From an uncultured Chloroflexia bacterium (lineage in GTDB: Bacteria > Chloroflexota > Limnocylindria > Limnocylindrales > CSP1-4), in the NCBI GenBank assembly GCA_963780425.1, contig CAWABZ010000008.1, positions 192,931 through 256,930 on the forward strand: 64,000 bases of DNA, given 5' to 3'. The notes under the pieces were generated by a model, which did no database searches, was not told where the DNA came from, and saw only the letters and a list, made by a program, of their open reading frames with translations. Below, in pieces: positions 38,517 through 47,745 of this stretch. The stretch's first letter is position 1. Every line of letters begins with the position of its first letter. The position numbers and the translations under genes were made by a program.

Positions 38517-39434
38517 TCAGAGCCTGTGCAGCTCGAGGAAGGTGCGGACCGCCTCGGCGACCTGCTGATAGCTGTGCTCGCCGTGGATCAACCCGAAATG
38601 AGAATGCGCCCCGAAGGGCTCGAATTCCGAGTCGAGCCACTCGGCGAGCCGCTCAGCGTCGTCCAGCGTGGTCGTCCGGTCGAGCCCGCCGCCGATGACC
38701 AGCCGCGGGACCTCGGCGACGACCCGCCGGTCGACCGGGATGCCGGCCAGGACCTGACGCCGCGCAGCTCCGGATTCATGCGGTTTCTGGCCGAGCAGGT
38801 GCTGGATGCGCAGCACGTCGGCCAGGGTGAGGTCGCGATCGTCGCGCAGCAGCTTCTCGGGGAGTGTCTCCCAGCCGATCACGCTGCGCCCATAGACCTC
38901 CGGGACCTCGCGCAGCTCATACGGCCGGACCGGCGGACGAAGATCGCGGGGCAATTGCGGCGCGATCAGCACGAGGCCGGACATCGCGACCCGCTCCGCG
39001 GCCTTGAGCGCGAGAAGCCCGCCCATGCCGTGCCCGATCGCGACGGTCGAGGGTCCCAGCCGGTCGAGCGCGGCGACCACGTCCTCGACGTAGGTGTCGA
39101 ACGACAGGGTGGCCGGGTCCGCCGTCTGCGACCAATGGTGGTTGCGCAGGTTGAGGGCGTGGCCCTCCCAGCCGCGACCCGCGAAGTAGCCGAGGAACCG
39201 CTCCCACACCCACGAGCCGGCGAGCTCGCCGTGGACGAACAGCAGGGGCTTTCGTCGGGACCGCCGCTCCGGGAGCCAGGATTCGATGTAGATCCCGCGG
39301 TCGTGCAGCTCGATCTCGTCCTTGCGGACCGGCCTGCCGTTCGATGGCGGCACCTGCGCTCGAGACAGGATCTGCTCGGGGATCGGGTCGGACATCCGGT
39401 TCACCATTCGTGTGGCGTTCATCTGTGGATACAA
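38517..39434 (-). CDS. alpha/beta hydrolase fold protein with an atypical GHGMGG elbow
   Basis: 305 aa. The LLFVHG oxyanion region is present, but the nucleophile elbow reads IGHGMGG (Gly where Ser is expected; the codon is GGC). The start may be the downstream ATG at 39395. Confidence 0.75.
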   Translation of the reverse strand: MYPQMNATRMVNRMSDPIPEQILSRAQVPPSNGRPVRKDEIELHDRGIYIESWLPERRSRRKPLLFVHGELAGSWVWERFLGYFAGRGWEGHALNLRNHHWSQTADPATLSFDTYVEDVVAALDRLGPSTVAIGHGMGGLLALKAAERVAMSGLVLIAPQLPRDLRPPVRPYELREVPEVYGRSVIGWETLPEKLLRDDRDLTLADVLRIQHLLGQKPHESGAARRQVLAGIPVDRRVVAEVPRLVIGGGLDRTTTLDDAERLAEWLDSEFEPFGAHSHFGLIHGEHSYQQVAEAVRTFLELHRL

Positions 39435-39691
39435 GCGAGTCTCTGGGACTCCATCTCAGCACGGACCGAGGGTCGCGAGTCGGTCGATGCTCCCCGGCTC
39501 CGGGGGCTGCTGCTGCCGCGACTGCTGCCGTGCACGGTAACGCCCGTCGGAACCCGACGGGCATAGACGCACATTCATCGGCGGTGGAGAGACCAGTAGC
39601 CGACCGCCACAAGCAGCGTACCATCGAGGGACACATTCCTACGGCGTCGATTCCTGACGACTTCGCGAGACCACGCTATCCTCCGGCGGCC

Positions 39692-40387
39692 GTGCGACTG
39701 CTCATCGTCGAGGACGAGCTCGACCTCGCTACTGCTCTTGCCACCGGGTTGCGCCGCGAAGGCTATGCGATCGACATCGCCGTGACTGCCGCCGAGGCGC
39801 GCGAGCGCCTCCATGACACACCGTATGACGTTGTGTGCCTGGACCTCGGCCTGCCCGACGGCGACGGTCGCGAGGTCTGCCGCGAGCTTCGCGCCGGCGA
39901 GCTGGTGCTACCGGAAGCCACGCCGCCGCGCGTCCTGATGCTGACCGCCCGGGACGGTCTCGAGGATCGAGTGGGAGGTCTGGACGACGGTGCCGACGAC
40001 TACCTGGTCAAGCCGTTCAGCTTCGTGGAGCTCGCGGCACGGGTTCGGGCCCTCGCGCGTCGCCCGACGATCAACGGTGGGGCGACGATCCGGCTGGGGA
40101 GCCTCGGGCTCGACGCCGCGCGGCATGAGGCCCACCGCAACGAACATCGTCTCGACCTGACGGCCAAGGAGTTCGCGCTCCTCCGCTACTTCATGCTCCA
40201 TCCGAGCGATGTCCTGACACCGGAGCGCCTGCTCGAGCACGTCTGGGACGATCGCGCCGACCCGTTCACGAACACCGTCCGGGTCACGATCAGCAACCTC
40301 CGGCGCAAGCTTGCCGAGGCAGGCCCCGGGCAACCCATCGAGACGGTCGTCGGGGTGGGATATCGCCTCGCGGAGGGCGTCGAATGA
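39692..40387 (+). CDS. OmpR/PhoB-family response regulator (MprA/CseB-like)
   Basis: GTG 39692 lies within ORF 39344..40387. Motifs: RLLIVEDE, DVVCLDLGLPDGDG, MLTARD, ADDYLVKPF, and the winged helix LTAKEFALLRYF...GVGYRL. Intact. Confidence 0.9.
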   Translation: MRLLIVEDELDLATALATGLRREGYAIDIAVTAAEARERLHDTPYDVVCLDLGLPDGDGREVCRELRAGELVLPEATPPRVLMLTARDGLEDRVGGLDDGADDYLVKPFSFVELAARVRALARRPTINGGATIRLGSLGLDAARHEAHRNEHRLDLTAKEFALLRYFMLHPSDVLTPERLLEHVWDDRADPFTNTVRVTISNLRRKLAEAGPGQPIETVVGVGYRLAEGVE

Positions 40388-41655
40388 GTCGGAGGTCGTT
40401 CGGACGCCTCGCCGCCTCCGTTCGATCGGTCCGTTTTCGGCTCGCGATGCTGGTGACCACGTCCCTGATCGTCACGGCGGGCGTGCTCGTGCTGGGAATG
40501 AACCTGGCCCTGGATACGGTGGTCGCGACGATCCCGGAGGAACAGCCGGCGACACTCGAGGAGGAGCTGCTGCGGGTCCTCGGGATGAGCCTCGCCGAGC
40601 TCGAGGGAAGCAGCGCCACCGGGGCGACCGATGCACTCCTGAACGTAGAACAGGCCGTCCGTGAGCAGACGCTCCAGCGGGTTCGGGATCTGTCGCTCGC
40701 GGCGCTCCTCCTACTGGTGCCGGTCGGCCTCGCCATCGGGTGGGCCGTCGCAGGCCGGGTCGTGCGGCCCGTGGGCACGATCGCCAGCGTCGCACGGGAC
40801 ATCGAGGCCACCGATCTCTCGCGCCGCATCCGCCTCGGCGGTCCACACGACGAGATGCGCGACCTCGCCGACACGTTCGATGCGATGCTCGACCGGCTCG
40901 ATCGAGGGGTGCGGACCCAGCGAGGCTTCATCGAGGATGCCTCGCACGAGTTGCGGAACCCACTGGCCGTCATCCGCACGACCCTCGATGTCGCCCTCTC
41001 GGAGCCAGAGGACGCCGAGGGACTGCGCCGGGCCGCCGACGTGGCTCGCCGAACGGCGGACCGGATGTCGACCACGGTCGACGAGCTCCTGGCGTTCGCC
41101 CGGACCAGTGTCCAGCCCGAGCGACGGGTCCCCGTCGACCTGGCCGAGGTCGTGGCCGAGGTCGCCCAGGAGTACGACGCGGTGGCCTCTACCCGTGGTG
41201 TCCAGCTGTCCCGCCTCGCTCCGTCCGGTCTGGTCGTCGACGGGGACCGTTCCGCGCTGAAGCGGGCCCAGGCGAACCTGATCTCGAACGCGCTCCGCGT
41301 GGCTCCCACCGGCTCGGTCGTCCACTGCCGCGCCGGACGTACCGGTGGATTGCTGTGGTTCGGGGTCCGCGACGTCGGCCCCGGGATCCCGCCCGACGAC
41401 CAGGCCCTCGTCTTCCGACGCGCCTGGCGCGACGGTGCTCCAACGACGGAAGGTGACGGCCAGGGCCTCGGGCTGGCCCTGGTTCGCCAGATCGCCGAGG
41501 CACATGGTGGGAAGGTCAGCGTGGCGTCGCTCCCCGGGCACGGCGCAAGCTTCGTCGTCTGGCTGCCCGACCGCCGGGCGGATGCGGAGCCGGTCGCCGA
41601 GGGCGACCTCCGCGCGATGGCCGACCCGTTGTGGACGGTGGACGCGGCATCTTGA
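40384..41655 (+). CDS. membrane sensor histidine kinase (HAMP-HisKA-HATPase)
   Basis: 423 aa and intact, with two TM segments, H-box DASHELRNPLAV, N-box LISNALRV, and G-boxes RDVGPGI and GLGLALV. It overlaps the response-regulator stop (ATGA). Confidence 0.9.
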   Translation: MSRRSFGRLAASVRSVRFRLAMLVTTSLIVTAGVLVLGMNLALDTVVATIPEEQPATLEEELLRVLGMSLAELEGSSATGATDALLNVEQAVREQTLQRVRDLSLAALLLLVPVGLAIGWAVAGRVVRPVGTIASVARDIEATDLSRRIRLGGPHDEMRDLADTFDAMLDRLDRGVRTQRGFIEDASHELRNPLAVIRTTLDVALSEPEDAEGLRRAADVARRTADRMSTTVDELLAFARTSVQPERRVPVDLAEVVAEVAQEYDAVASTRGVQLSRLAPSGLVVDGDRSALKRAQANLISNALRVAPTGSVVHCRAGRTGGLLWFGVRDVGPGIPPDDQALVFRRAWRDGAPTTEGDGQGLGLALVRQIAEAHGGKVSVASLPGHGASFVVWLPDRRADAEPVAEGDLRAMADPLWTVDAAS

Positions 41656-41780
41656 CGCGCCTTTAGGTCGTCCTTACACCGTCCGAACGCCCGCGTTATC
41701 GACCATCTTCTAGCCTCCGGACCATTGGCCGGACCGGCTTCGGTCCGTGCGACCGCATCCGATTCCGGAGGCCGCTACAC

Positions 41781-43118
41781 GTGGACGATCCCTTCTCCGG
41801 CGAGGAGCGTCAGCACAAGAGCTGGCGCGACCTGCCGCCGACCCCACCGCTCGTCTGGCCCACCGCCACACCCGCATTCGCGACCGCCGCGATCGGTCCT
41901 GCGGCTTCTCCGATGCCCACCGCCGGCGCCTCGAGGCGGACCCGGCGCCGGTTCGTCGTCGGCACCGCCCTCCTGGTCGGGGCGGTGGCCGTCGTCGGCA
42001 CCGGGATGCTCGCCACCGGCAACCAGGTCGGGGCGCTGCTGGCACCGCTCGCGGCGGCCGGCGGCCCGGCCGAACCGGACAAGGCGGCCGCAGCGATACC
42101 GCCCAGCGACGAGCCGCTCGCGGACACGGCCTCGAGGCTCCTGCCCTCGGTCGTCCAGATCGAGGCCGGTGGCGCGGTCGGCTCCGGATTCGTGGCGGCC
42201 GATGGGGGCTTGATCCTCACCGCATCGCATGTCGTCGGTGGATCGGATTCGGTCACGCTCCGGCTCTCCGACGGCACGAGCGTCTCCGGGGTCGTTGTCG
42301 CGGTCGACAAGTCCGTGGACACCGCGGTCATCCGGGCCGAGGAGAGCGCTGCGACCGGGCTGAAGCCGCTCGCCCTCGGCGCACTCGCCGACGTGCAGGT
42401 TGGCGAGATGACGATCGCCGTCGGGAGCCCGTTCGGCCTGAGCCAGACGGTCACCACCGGCATCGTGAGCGCGCTCGGCCGTACGGTCCCCACGCCGATG
42501 GGCGAGCTGCACGACCTGATCCAGACGGATGCTGCGATCAACTCCGGCAACTCCGGCGGTCCGCTTGCCGACCGGGAGGGTCGCGCGATCGGCATCAACA
42601 CCGCCATCGCGAGCGCCTCGGGCGGCAGCGACGGCATCGGCTTCGCCGTGCCGATCGACCAGGCCTCCCAGATCCTGGACAAGGTCAAGGACGGCACGTG
42701 GAAGGCCGAGGACAACGACCCAGCCGACAGCATGGACCCGCTCGGTGGGCTGTTCGACCAGTTCCTGGGTCCGGACGGGCTGGACGGCCTGCGCGACCTG
42801 TTCGGATCCGGGCCCGGCGGATCGCAGACACCGAACGGCCCCTCCGGTGGCTCGGATATGGCCGACCGGATGCTCCGCCAGCTCCTCGACGAGCTCCTGC
42901 GTGAGCTCGCCCCCGCGGCCCCAGCTCCACAGCCGGCCCCGGATACCGCACCGGGTCCGGACGCGACACCCGCGCCGGACCGTCCGAATGGCCCTGCAGC
43001 CGACACCATCGATCGTCTGATGCAGCAGTTGCTGGACGAGCTCCTCCAGGGGCTGAGCCCTGACGGGACGACGGATCCATCCGCCCCGGATGGCGGCACG
43101 AACGGCACGGGAGCATGA
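41781..43118 (+). CDS. membrane-anchored S1C (HtrA/PepD-like) serine protease lacking a PDZ domain
   Basis: The catalytic triad context is TASHVV, VDTAVIR and GNSGGPL. After the protease domain there are ~130 aa of low-complexity sequence with two copies of an RMLRQLLDELLRELAP-like helix instead of a PDZ domain. Confidence 0.85.
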   Translation: MDDPFSGEERQHKSWRDLPPTPPLVWPTATPAFATAAIGPAASPMPTAGASRRTRRRFVVGTALLVGAVAVVGTGMLATGNQVGALLAPLAAAGGPAEPDKAAAAIPPSDEPLADTASRLLPSVVQIEAGGAVGSGFVAADGGLILTASHVVGGSDSVTLRLSDGTSVSGVVVAVDKSVDTAVIRAEESAATGLKPLALGALADVQVGEMTIAVGSPFGLSQTVTTGIVSALGRTVPTPMGELHDLIQTDAAINSGNSGGPLADREGRAIGINTAIASASGGSDGIGFAVPIDQASQILDKVKDGTWKAEDNDPADSMDPLGGLFDQFLGPDGLDGLRDLFGSGPGGSQTPNGPSGGSDMADRMLRQLLDELLRELAPAAPAPQPAPDTAPGPDATPAPDRPNGPAADTIDRLMQQLLDELLQGLSPDGTTDPSAPDGGTNGTGA

Positions 43119-44248
43119 CCGTGAGCATCGACCTATCTACCGCTCGCCTTGCCCAGGTCCGTCATGAGTTGGGCCGGGTCATCGTCGGCCAGGATCGGGT
43201 CGTCGATCGGCTCCTCGTCGCCGTGCTGGCGGAGGGGCACGTCCTGCTCGAGGGCGCGCCGGGCCTGGGCAAGACGCTGTTCCTCTCGACCCTGGCCCGG
43301 ATCCTCGGTGGCTCCTTCAATCGCATCCAGTTCACACCGGACCTGATCCCGTCCGACATCGTCGGGACGCGGATCTTCCGGCCCTCGTCGGAGGCGTTCG
43401 ACGTCGAGCCCGGGCCGATCATCGCCAACGTGGTCCTGGTCGACGAGATCAACCGGGCGCCCGCGCGCGTCCAGTCGGCGCTCCTGGAGGCGATGGCGGA
43501 GCGGCAGGTCACGGTCGGCGGTCGCACCTTCGCGATGCCGAAGCCGTTCCTGGTCGTTGCTACCCAGAACCCCGTCGAATCCGAGGGCGTCTATCCGCTC
43601 GCCGAGGCCCAGCGCGACCGGTTCCTGATGCGGATCCCGGTCGACTACCCGACCCCGAGCGAGGAACGGGCGATCGTCGCCCGGATGGCGGACGAGCCAC
43701 CACAGGCAGCCCGCCTGCTCGATCCGGCCGACGTCGTCGACCTTCAGCTCGCCGCGCGGCGAGTGGCGGTCGACGATGCAGCGTCCGACTACGCGATCCG
43801 TCTCGTGCTCGCGACCCGCGACCCTGCGGCGCACGGGCTGCAGAGCCTGCTCGGGCTCCTCGAGTACGGCGCCAGCCCGCGAGCATCGCTGGGGCTGGTC
43901 CGGAGCGCCAGGGCCATGGCCCTCCTGCGCGGACGCATGCGTGCCGTGGCGCAGGACGTCTACGACGTTGCGTACGACATCCTGAACGCGCGCCTCGCCC
44001 TGTCCTACCGGGCCTTGGCCGAGGGGTTCACGATCGACGACGTCCTCGTCGAGCTGCTCACGACCGTCCCGGCTCCGGGTACGACCGCGTGGCCGCTGCC
44101 GACCCAGGTGGCAGCCCCGATCCCGACGCCGCAGACCCAGTCCTGGCAGCCGATGCCGGCACCGGTCGCAGCCGCCAGCACGCCCTGGGGTGTGTCCACT
44201 CAGACACCTCCGATCGTTCTGCCGGGCGATCCGCCTGCAGCGAGGTGA
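43115..44248 (+). CDS. moxR: MoxR-family AAA+ ATPase (copy 1)
   Basis: Motifs: GAPGLGKT (Walker A), VLVDEINRA (Walker B), VVATQNP, AQRDRF. The start overlaps the protease stop (ATGA). Confidence 0.9.
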   Translation: MTVSIDLSTARLAQVRHELGRVIVGQDRVVDRLLVAVLAEGHVLLEGAPGLGKTLFLSTLARILGGSFNRIQFTPDLIPSDIVGTRIFRPSSEAFDVEPGPIIANVVLVDEINRAPARVQSALLEAMAERQVTVGGRTFAMPKPFLVVATQNPVESEGVYPLAEAQRDRFLMRIPVDYPTPSEERAIVARMADEPPQAARLLDPADVVDLQLAARRVAVDDAASDYAIRLVLATRDPAAHGLQSLLGLLEYGASPRASLGLVRSARAMALLRGRMRAVAQDVYDVAYDILNARLALSYRALAEGFTIDDVLVELLTTVPAPGTTAWPLPTQVAAPIPTPQTQSWQPMPAPVAAASTPWGVSTQTPPIVLPGDPPAAR

Positions 44249-45186
44249 CAACCCCAGCGGGTGCCGGCCTTGACCTGCCGGCTCGGCTCCGCCGCATCGA
44301 GCTCGCGGTCGGCCGCAAGGTGGTCGGCCGCCGAGACGGTCGGCACGCCTCGCTCGTGCTCGGCCATGGAGTCGAGCCCGGGGAGGCACGCCCCTACGAG
44401 CCGGGCGACGACGTCCGCCGGATGGACTGGTCGATCCTTGCCCGAACGGGCGAACCGTACGTCCGCGATGCGATCCAGGAGCGCGACCTCGATGTCGCCG
44501 TCCTGGTCGACCGATCCGGCAGCCTCGACTTCGGGACCGTGGGCTGGCGGAAGGCCGACCTGGCCGTCAACGTCGCAATGGCCGTGTCCGGGCTCGCCGT
44601 GCTCGGCGGCGACCGGATCGGGGCGGTCGTGGCGACGGCAGGCGGGCCACGGATCGTGCCGATCCGCGGAGGTCGCCGGCATCTGACAGGACTCGTAGGC
44701 AGCGTCGCACGATCACATCTCGGGGGACAGGTCGATCTCGGTCGCGCCATCGACGTCCTCGGACGCGTCCTGCGACGGGGTGGACTCGCGGTGGTGATCT
44801 CCGACTTCATCGCGGCGCCCGAGACCTGGAGCCCGGCCCTTGCGCGGCTGGGACGCGGGAGCGAGACCATCGCCGTCGAGGTCATCGATCCGCGCGAGCT
44901 CCGACTGCCCGACGTCGGCCTGCTCGTGGTCGAGGATCCCGAGACCGGCCGCCAGCGGACGATCGACACCAGCGACGAGCGCTTCCGCCTCCGGCTGGCC
45001 GAGGCCGCAGATCGCCAACGCGCCGCGCGATCGTCCGCGATCCGGCGAGCCGGGGCGACCCACCTGCCACTGCGGACGGACACGGAGTGGACAGGCCCGC
45101 TTGCGGCCTGCCTCGACCGACGCCGTCGAGGACGAGCGTTGGGTCGGCACGTGGCGTCCCATCCCACGACCGGAGCTGACCGATGA
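44245..45186 (+). CDS. DUF58 domain protein (copy 1)
   Basis: GTG 44245 lies within ORF 44089..45186 and overlaps the moxR stop (GTGA). The DUF58 signature is ARPYEPGDDVRRMDWSILARTGEPYVRD. Confidence 0.85.
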   Translation: MTTPAGAGLDLPARLRRIELAVGRKVVGRRDGRHASLVLGHGVEPGEARPYEPGDDVRRMDWSILARTGEPYVRDAIQERDLDVAVLVDRSGSLDFGTVGWRKADLAVNVAMAVSGLAVLGGDRIGAVVATAGGPRIVPIRGGRRHLTGLVGSVARSHLGGQVDLGRAIDVLGRVLRRGGLAVVISDFIAAPETWSPALARLGRGSETIAVEVIDPRELRLPDVGLLVVEDPETGRQRTIDTSDERFRLRLAEAADRQRAARSSAIRRAGATHLPLRTDTEWTGPLAACLDRRRRGRALGRHVASHPTTGADR

Positions 45187-46148
45187 CCCCGTTCGCGCCT
45201 GATCTCACGTTCCTTGCGCCCGAGCGCTTCGCTCTCCTCGTGGTGCCACTCCTGTTCGCCGGGCTATACCTCGTGAGGCAACGCCGACGCCGGTCCTACG
45301 TCGTCCGATACACCGATCTGGACCTGATCGACGCCGTGGCGCCGCGACGTCCGGGACTTCGGCGCCATCTCGTCGCCGCCGTCTACCTGACCGCGACGGC
45401 CCTGCTCGTCATCGCGGCAGCTCGCCCGGCCATGGCGACAGAGGTCCCGAATGAGCCGACGGTCGTGCTCGCGTTCGACACCTCCCTGTCGATGGAGGCG
45501 ACGGATGTCGCCCCCAGCCGGATCGTGGCCGCCCGTGACGCCGCCCACCGGTTCATGGAGGTCGTCCCGGCCGGTGTCCGAGTGGGCCTGGTCGCGTTCG
45601 ATGAGGTGGCTCGCGTCATCATCCCGCCGACGACGTCGAAGACGGTGCTCGACCGTGCGATCGACCGGCTGTCCTTGGGCCAGGGAACGGCGATCGGCGA
45701 GGCGATCTACACGTCACTGGACCTGCTCGCGTCGGACGCGCCGGCCGGTGCCGAGGAGATCGGTCCAGGGTCGATCGTGCTGATGTCGGACGGCGACACG
45801 ACGACCGGGCGACCGGAGGGAGAAGCCGCTCGTGAGGCGGAGCACCGAGGCGTGAAGGTGAGCACCGTCGCCTTCGGCACCGACCACGGGTCGGTCATGG
45901 TCGACTTCATGTCGGTCCCCGTGCCGGTCGACCGCGCGGCGCTACGCGACATCGCCGAGGCCACCGGTGGCAAGGCGTTCGAGGCCGACTCAGCCGAGAA
46001 GATCGTGTCGGTCTTCGAGGACCTCGGCGAGGGGGTCGGCACGCGGACGGAGCCGCGTGAGATCACCGACGGCCTGGCCCTAGCGGCGCTCGTGGCGGCC
46101 GCTGTCGCCGCGGCCGGCTCGCTGGCCTGGTTCGCCCGCATCCCGTGA
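45183..46148 (+). CDS. BatA-like VWA domain membrane protein
   Basis: It has two N-terminal TM segments, the MIDAS motif VVLAFDTSLSM, the remainder of the VWA fold, and a C-terminal TM. The start overlaps the DUF58 stop (ATGA). Confidence 0.85.
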   Translation: MTPFAPDLTFLAPERFALLVVPLLFAGLYLVRQRRRRSYVVRYTDLDLIDAVAPRRPGLRRHLVAAVYLTATALLVIAAARPAMATEVPNEPTVVLAFDTSLSMEATDVAPSRIVAARDAAHRFMEVVPAGVRVGLVAFDEVARVIIPPTTSKTVLDRAIDRLSLGQGTAIGEAIYTSLDLLASDAPAGAEEIGPGSIVLMSDGDTTTGRPEGEAAREAEHRGVKVSTVAFGTDHGSVMVDFMSVPVPVDRAALRDIAEATGGKAFEADSAEKIVSVFEDLGEGVGTRTEPREITDGLALAALVAAAVAAAGSLAWFARIP

Positions 46149-46151
46149 ACG

Positions 46152-46169
46152 CCGGCCCTGCCGGGCCGG
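46152..46169. terminator. GC hairpin between convergent genes
   Basis: CCGGCCC tgcc GGGCCGG: a 7-bp stem with a 4-nt loop. It lies between the VWA stop (46148) and the DUF1015 stop (46194). Confidence 0.35.
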
Positions 46170-46193
46170 AGAAGCTGCCATTTGGGGCGCTAT

Positions 46194-47576
46194 TCACCAT
46201 TCGTGCGGGTTGATGACGAGGCCTGTCAGGGCCTTGGGATAGAAATACGTCGACTTCTGGGGCATCACGTCTCCCTCGCGAGCGACGGCCTCGATCGACG
46301 CGACGGGCGTCGGCTCGAGCAGGAATGCGGCATCGACGCCGTCATCGGCGTCGACAGCGGCGATCGCGTCGGTAGCGGACTTCGTGTAGTCGACGGCACC
46401 ACCGGCGACGGCCTCGGCGTCGAGGCCCGCGAGCTGCTCGAGGGCCACACCGAGGAGGGTGACGTCGAGTGACCGGAGTGCCTCGCCACCGGCCGGAAGG
46501 TACGGCTCGAAGGCGGATCGTCGTGCCGACAGGAGCGCGCCGCCATCACGCGTCCACAGACCGAAGCGCCCGGGGTCACGAGCGCCCGCGTCGCCGTCGT
46601 CGCCGGCCATCCTCGCGAGCAGCTCGTCCGACGAGCCGACAGGCTCGACGTCGAAGAGGTCGCGCGCGCGCGCGAGGACACGGGCTGCCGCCTCGGACCC
46701 GATCCCGCGGATGAGCCGGTGGGTCGGCAGGACCGTCAAGTCCTGATGGCTCGCCTCGAGCATCAGCACCAGCAGATAATCGAACGGCGGGTCCTCCTCG
46801 CAGGACCGCGACATCCGCCGCTCATCCCGGTAGCGCAACGCCGTCTCGTATCGGTGATGCCCGTCGGCGATCGTGATCGGGCCGGCCTCGGCGGCGGCGA
46901 GCAGCTCCCCCGCGACGATGCTGGCCGGCCCGTCGCCCGAGGCGGGCAAGGCCCACAGCCGGTGACGGACACCATCGTCGTCGGTCACGTCGACGTCGGG
47001 CGGGCCCGCGGCGACGGCGGCGAGCCGATCCGCGGTGCCCTCGCTGGGGTCGTCGAACAGCCCCACGACCGGACTCGTGTTGACCCCGGTGGCACGGAGC
47101 AGCTTGTAGCGGTCCTCTTTCGGCGCGGTCAGGGTTCGCTCGTGCGGCAACACGCCCGACTCGGGGCCGAACGACTCGAGCTTCAGCCGCGCGAAGAACC
47201 CGCGCTGCGTCCGGTCGATGGCCGTGCCCGGCACGCGATAGGACTGCTCGTAGGCGTAGACGGACGGGTGCGGATCCTTGCGCAGCGTCCCGTCGGAACG
47301 CCAGGTCGCGAGCGCCCTGGCGGCGCGTCGATAGCGGTCGTCCGGCTGGTCGCCGGTCTCTTCGACCGGCATGTCGAGCCGGACGACGTTGGCGGGATGA
47401 CGGGCGATCAGCCGGGCACGCGTGGCCGCATCGATGACGTCATACGGCGGTGCGACGACCGCCCCGACGTCCCCGACGCTGGACGGCTCGAAGCGAAGCG
47501 CGCGAAAAGGACGGAGATCGGGCACGGATCCCTCGGGATGACGGCACGCGGCCTGCGGCTCATGGGACGTCCCCAT
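46194..47576 (-). CDS. DUF1015 domain protein
   Basis: ...PDLRPFRALRFEP...VVAPPYDVI... is the typical DUF1015 N-terminus. The more likely start is GTG 47525. Confidence 0.85.
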   Translation of the reverse strand: MGTSHEPQAACRHPEGSVPDLRPFRALRFEPSSVGDVGAVVAPPYDVIDAATRARLIARHPANVVRLDMPVEETGDQPDDRYRRAARALATWRSDGTLRKDPHPSVYAYEQSYRVPGTAIDRTQRGFFARLKLESFGPESGVLPHERTLTAPKEDRYKLLRATGVNTSPVVGLFDDPSEGTADRLAAVAAGPPDVDVTDDDGVRHRLWALPASGDGPASIVAGELLAAAEAGPITIADGHHRYETALRYRDERRMSRSCEEDPPFDYLLVLMLEASHQDLTVLPTHRLIRGIGSEAAARVLARARDLFDVEPVGSSDELLARMAGDDGDAGARDPGRFGLWTRDGGALLSARRSAFEPYLPAGGEALRSLDVTLLGVALEQLAGLDAEAVAGGAVDYTKSATDAIAAVDADDGVDAAFLLEPTPVASIEAVAREGDVMPQKSTYFYPKALTGLVINPHEW

Positions 47577-47745
47577 CGTACGATAGGTCCAGTCCGGACC
47601 GCGACCGAAGCGTCGGCGAGCCGACAGCTCACGGCCAGACGCAACTTTCCACGGGGGCGAGGCGTCCTTGCTGCGTCCATCCCCAACTGGCCATCGCTTC
47701 GGAGTCCGCGTGCGTCATACAGGGTTCACGAGGGTCTCACCGGTC

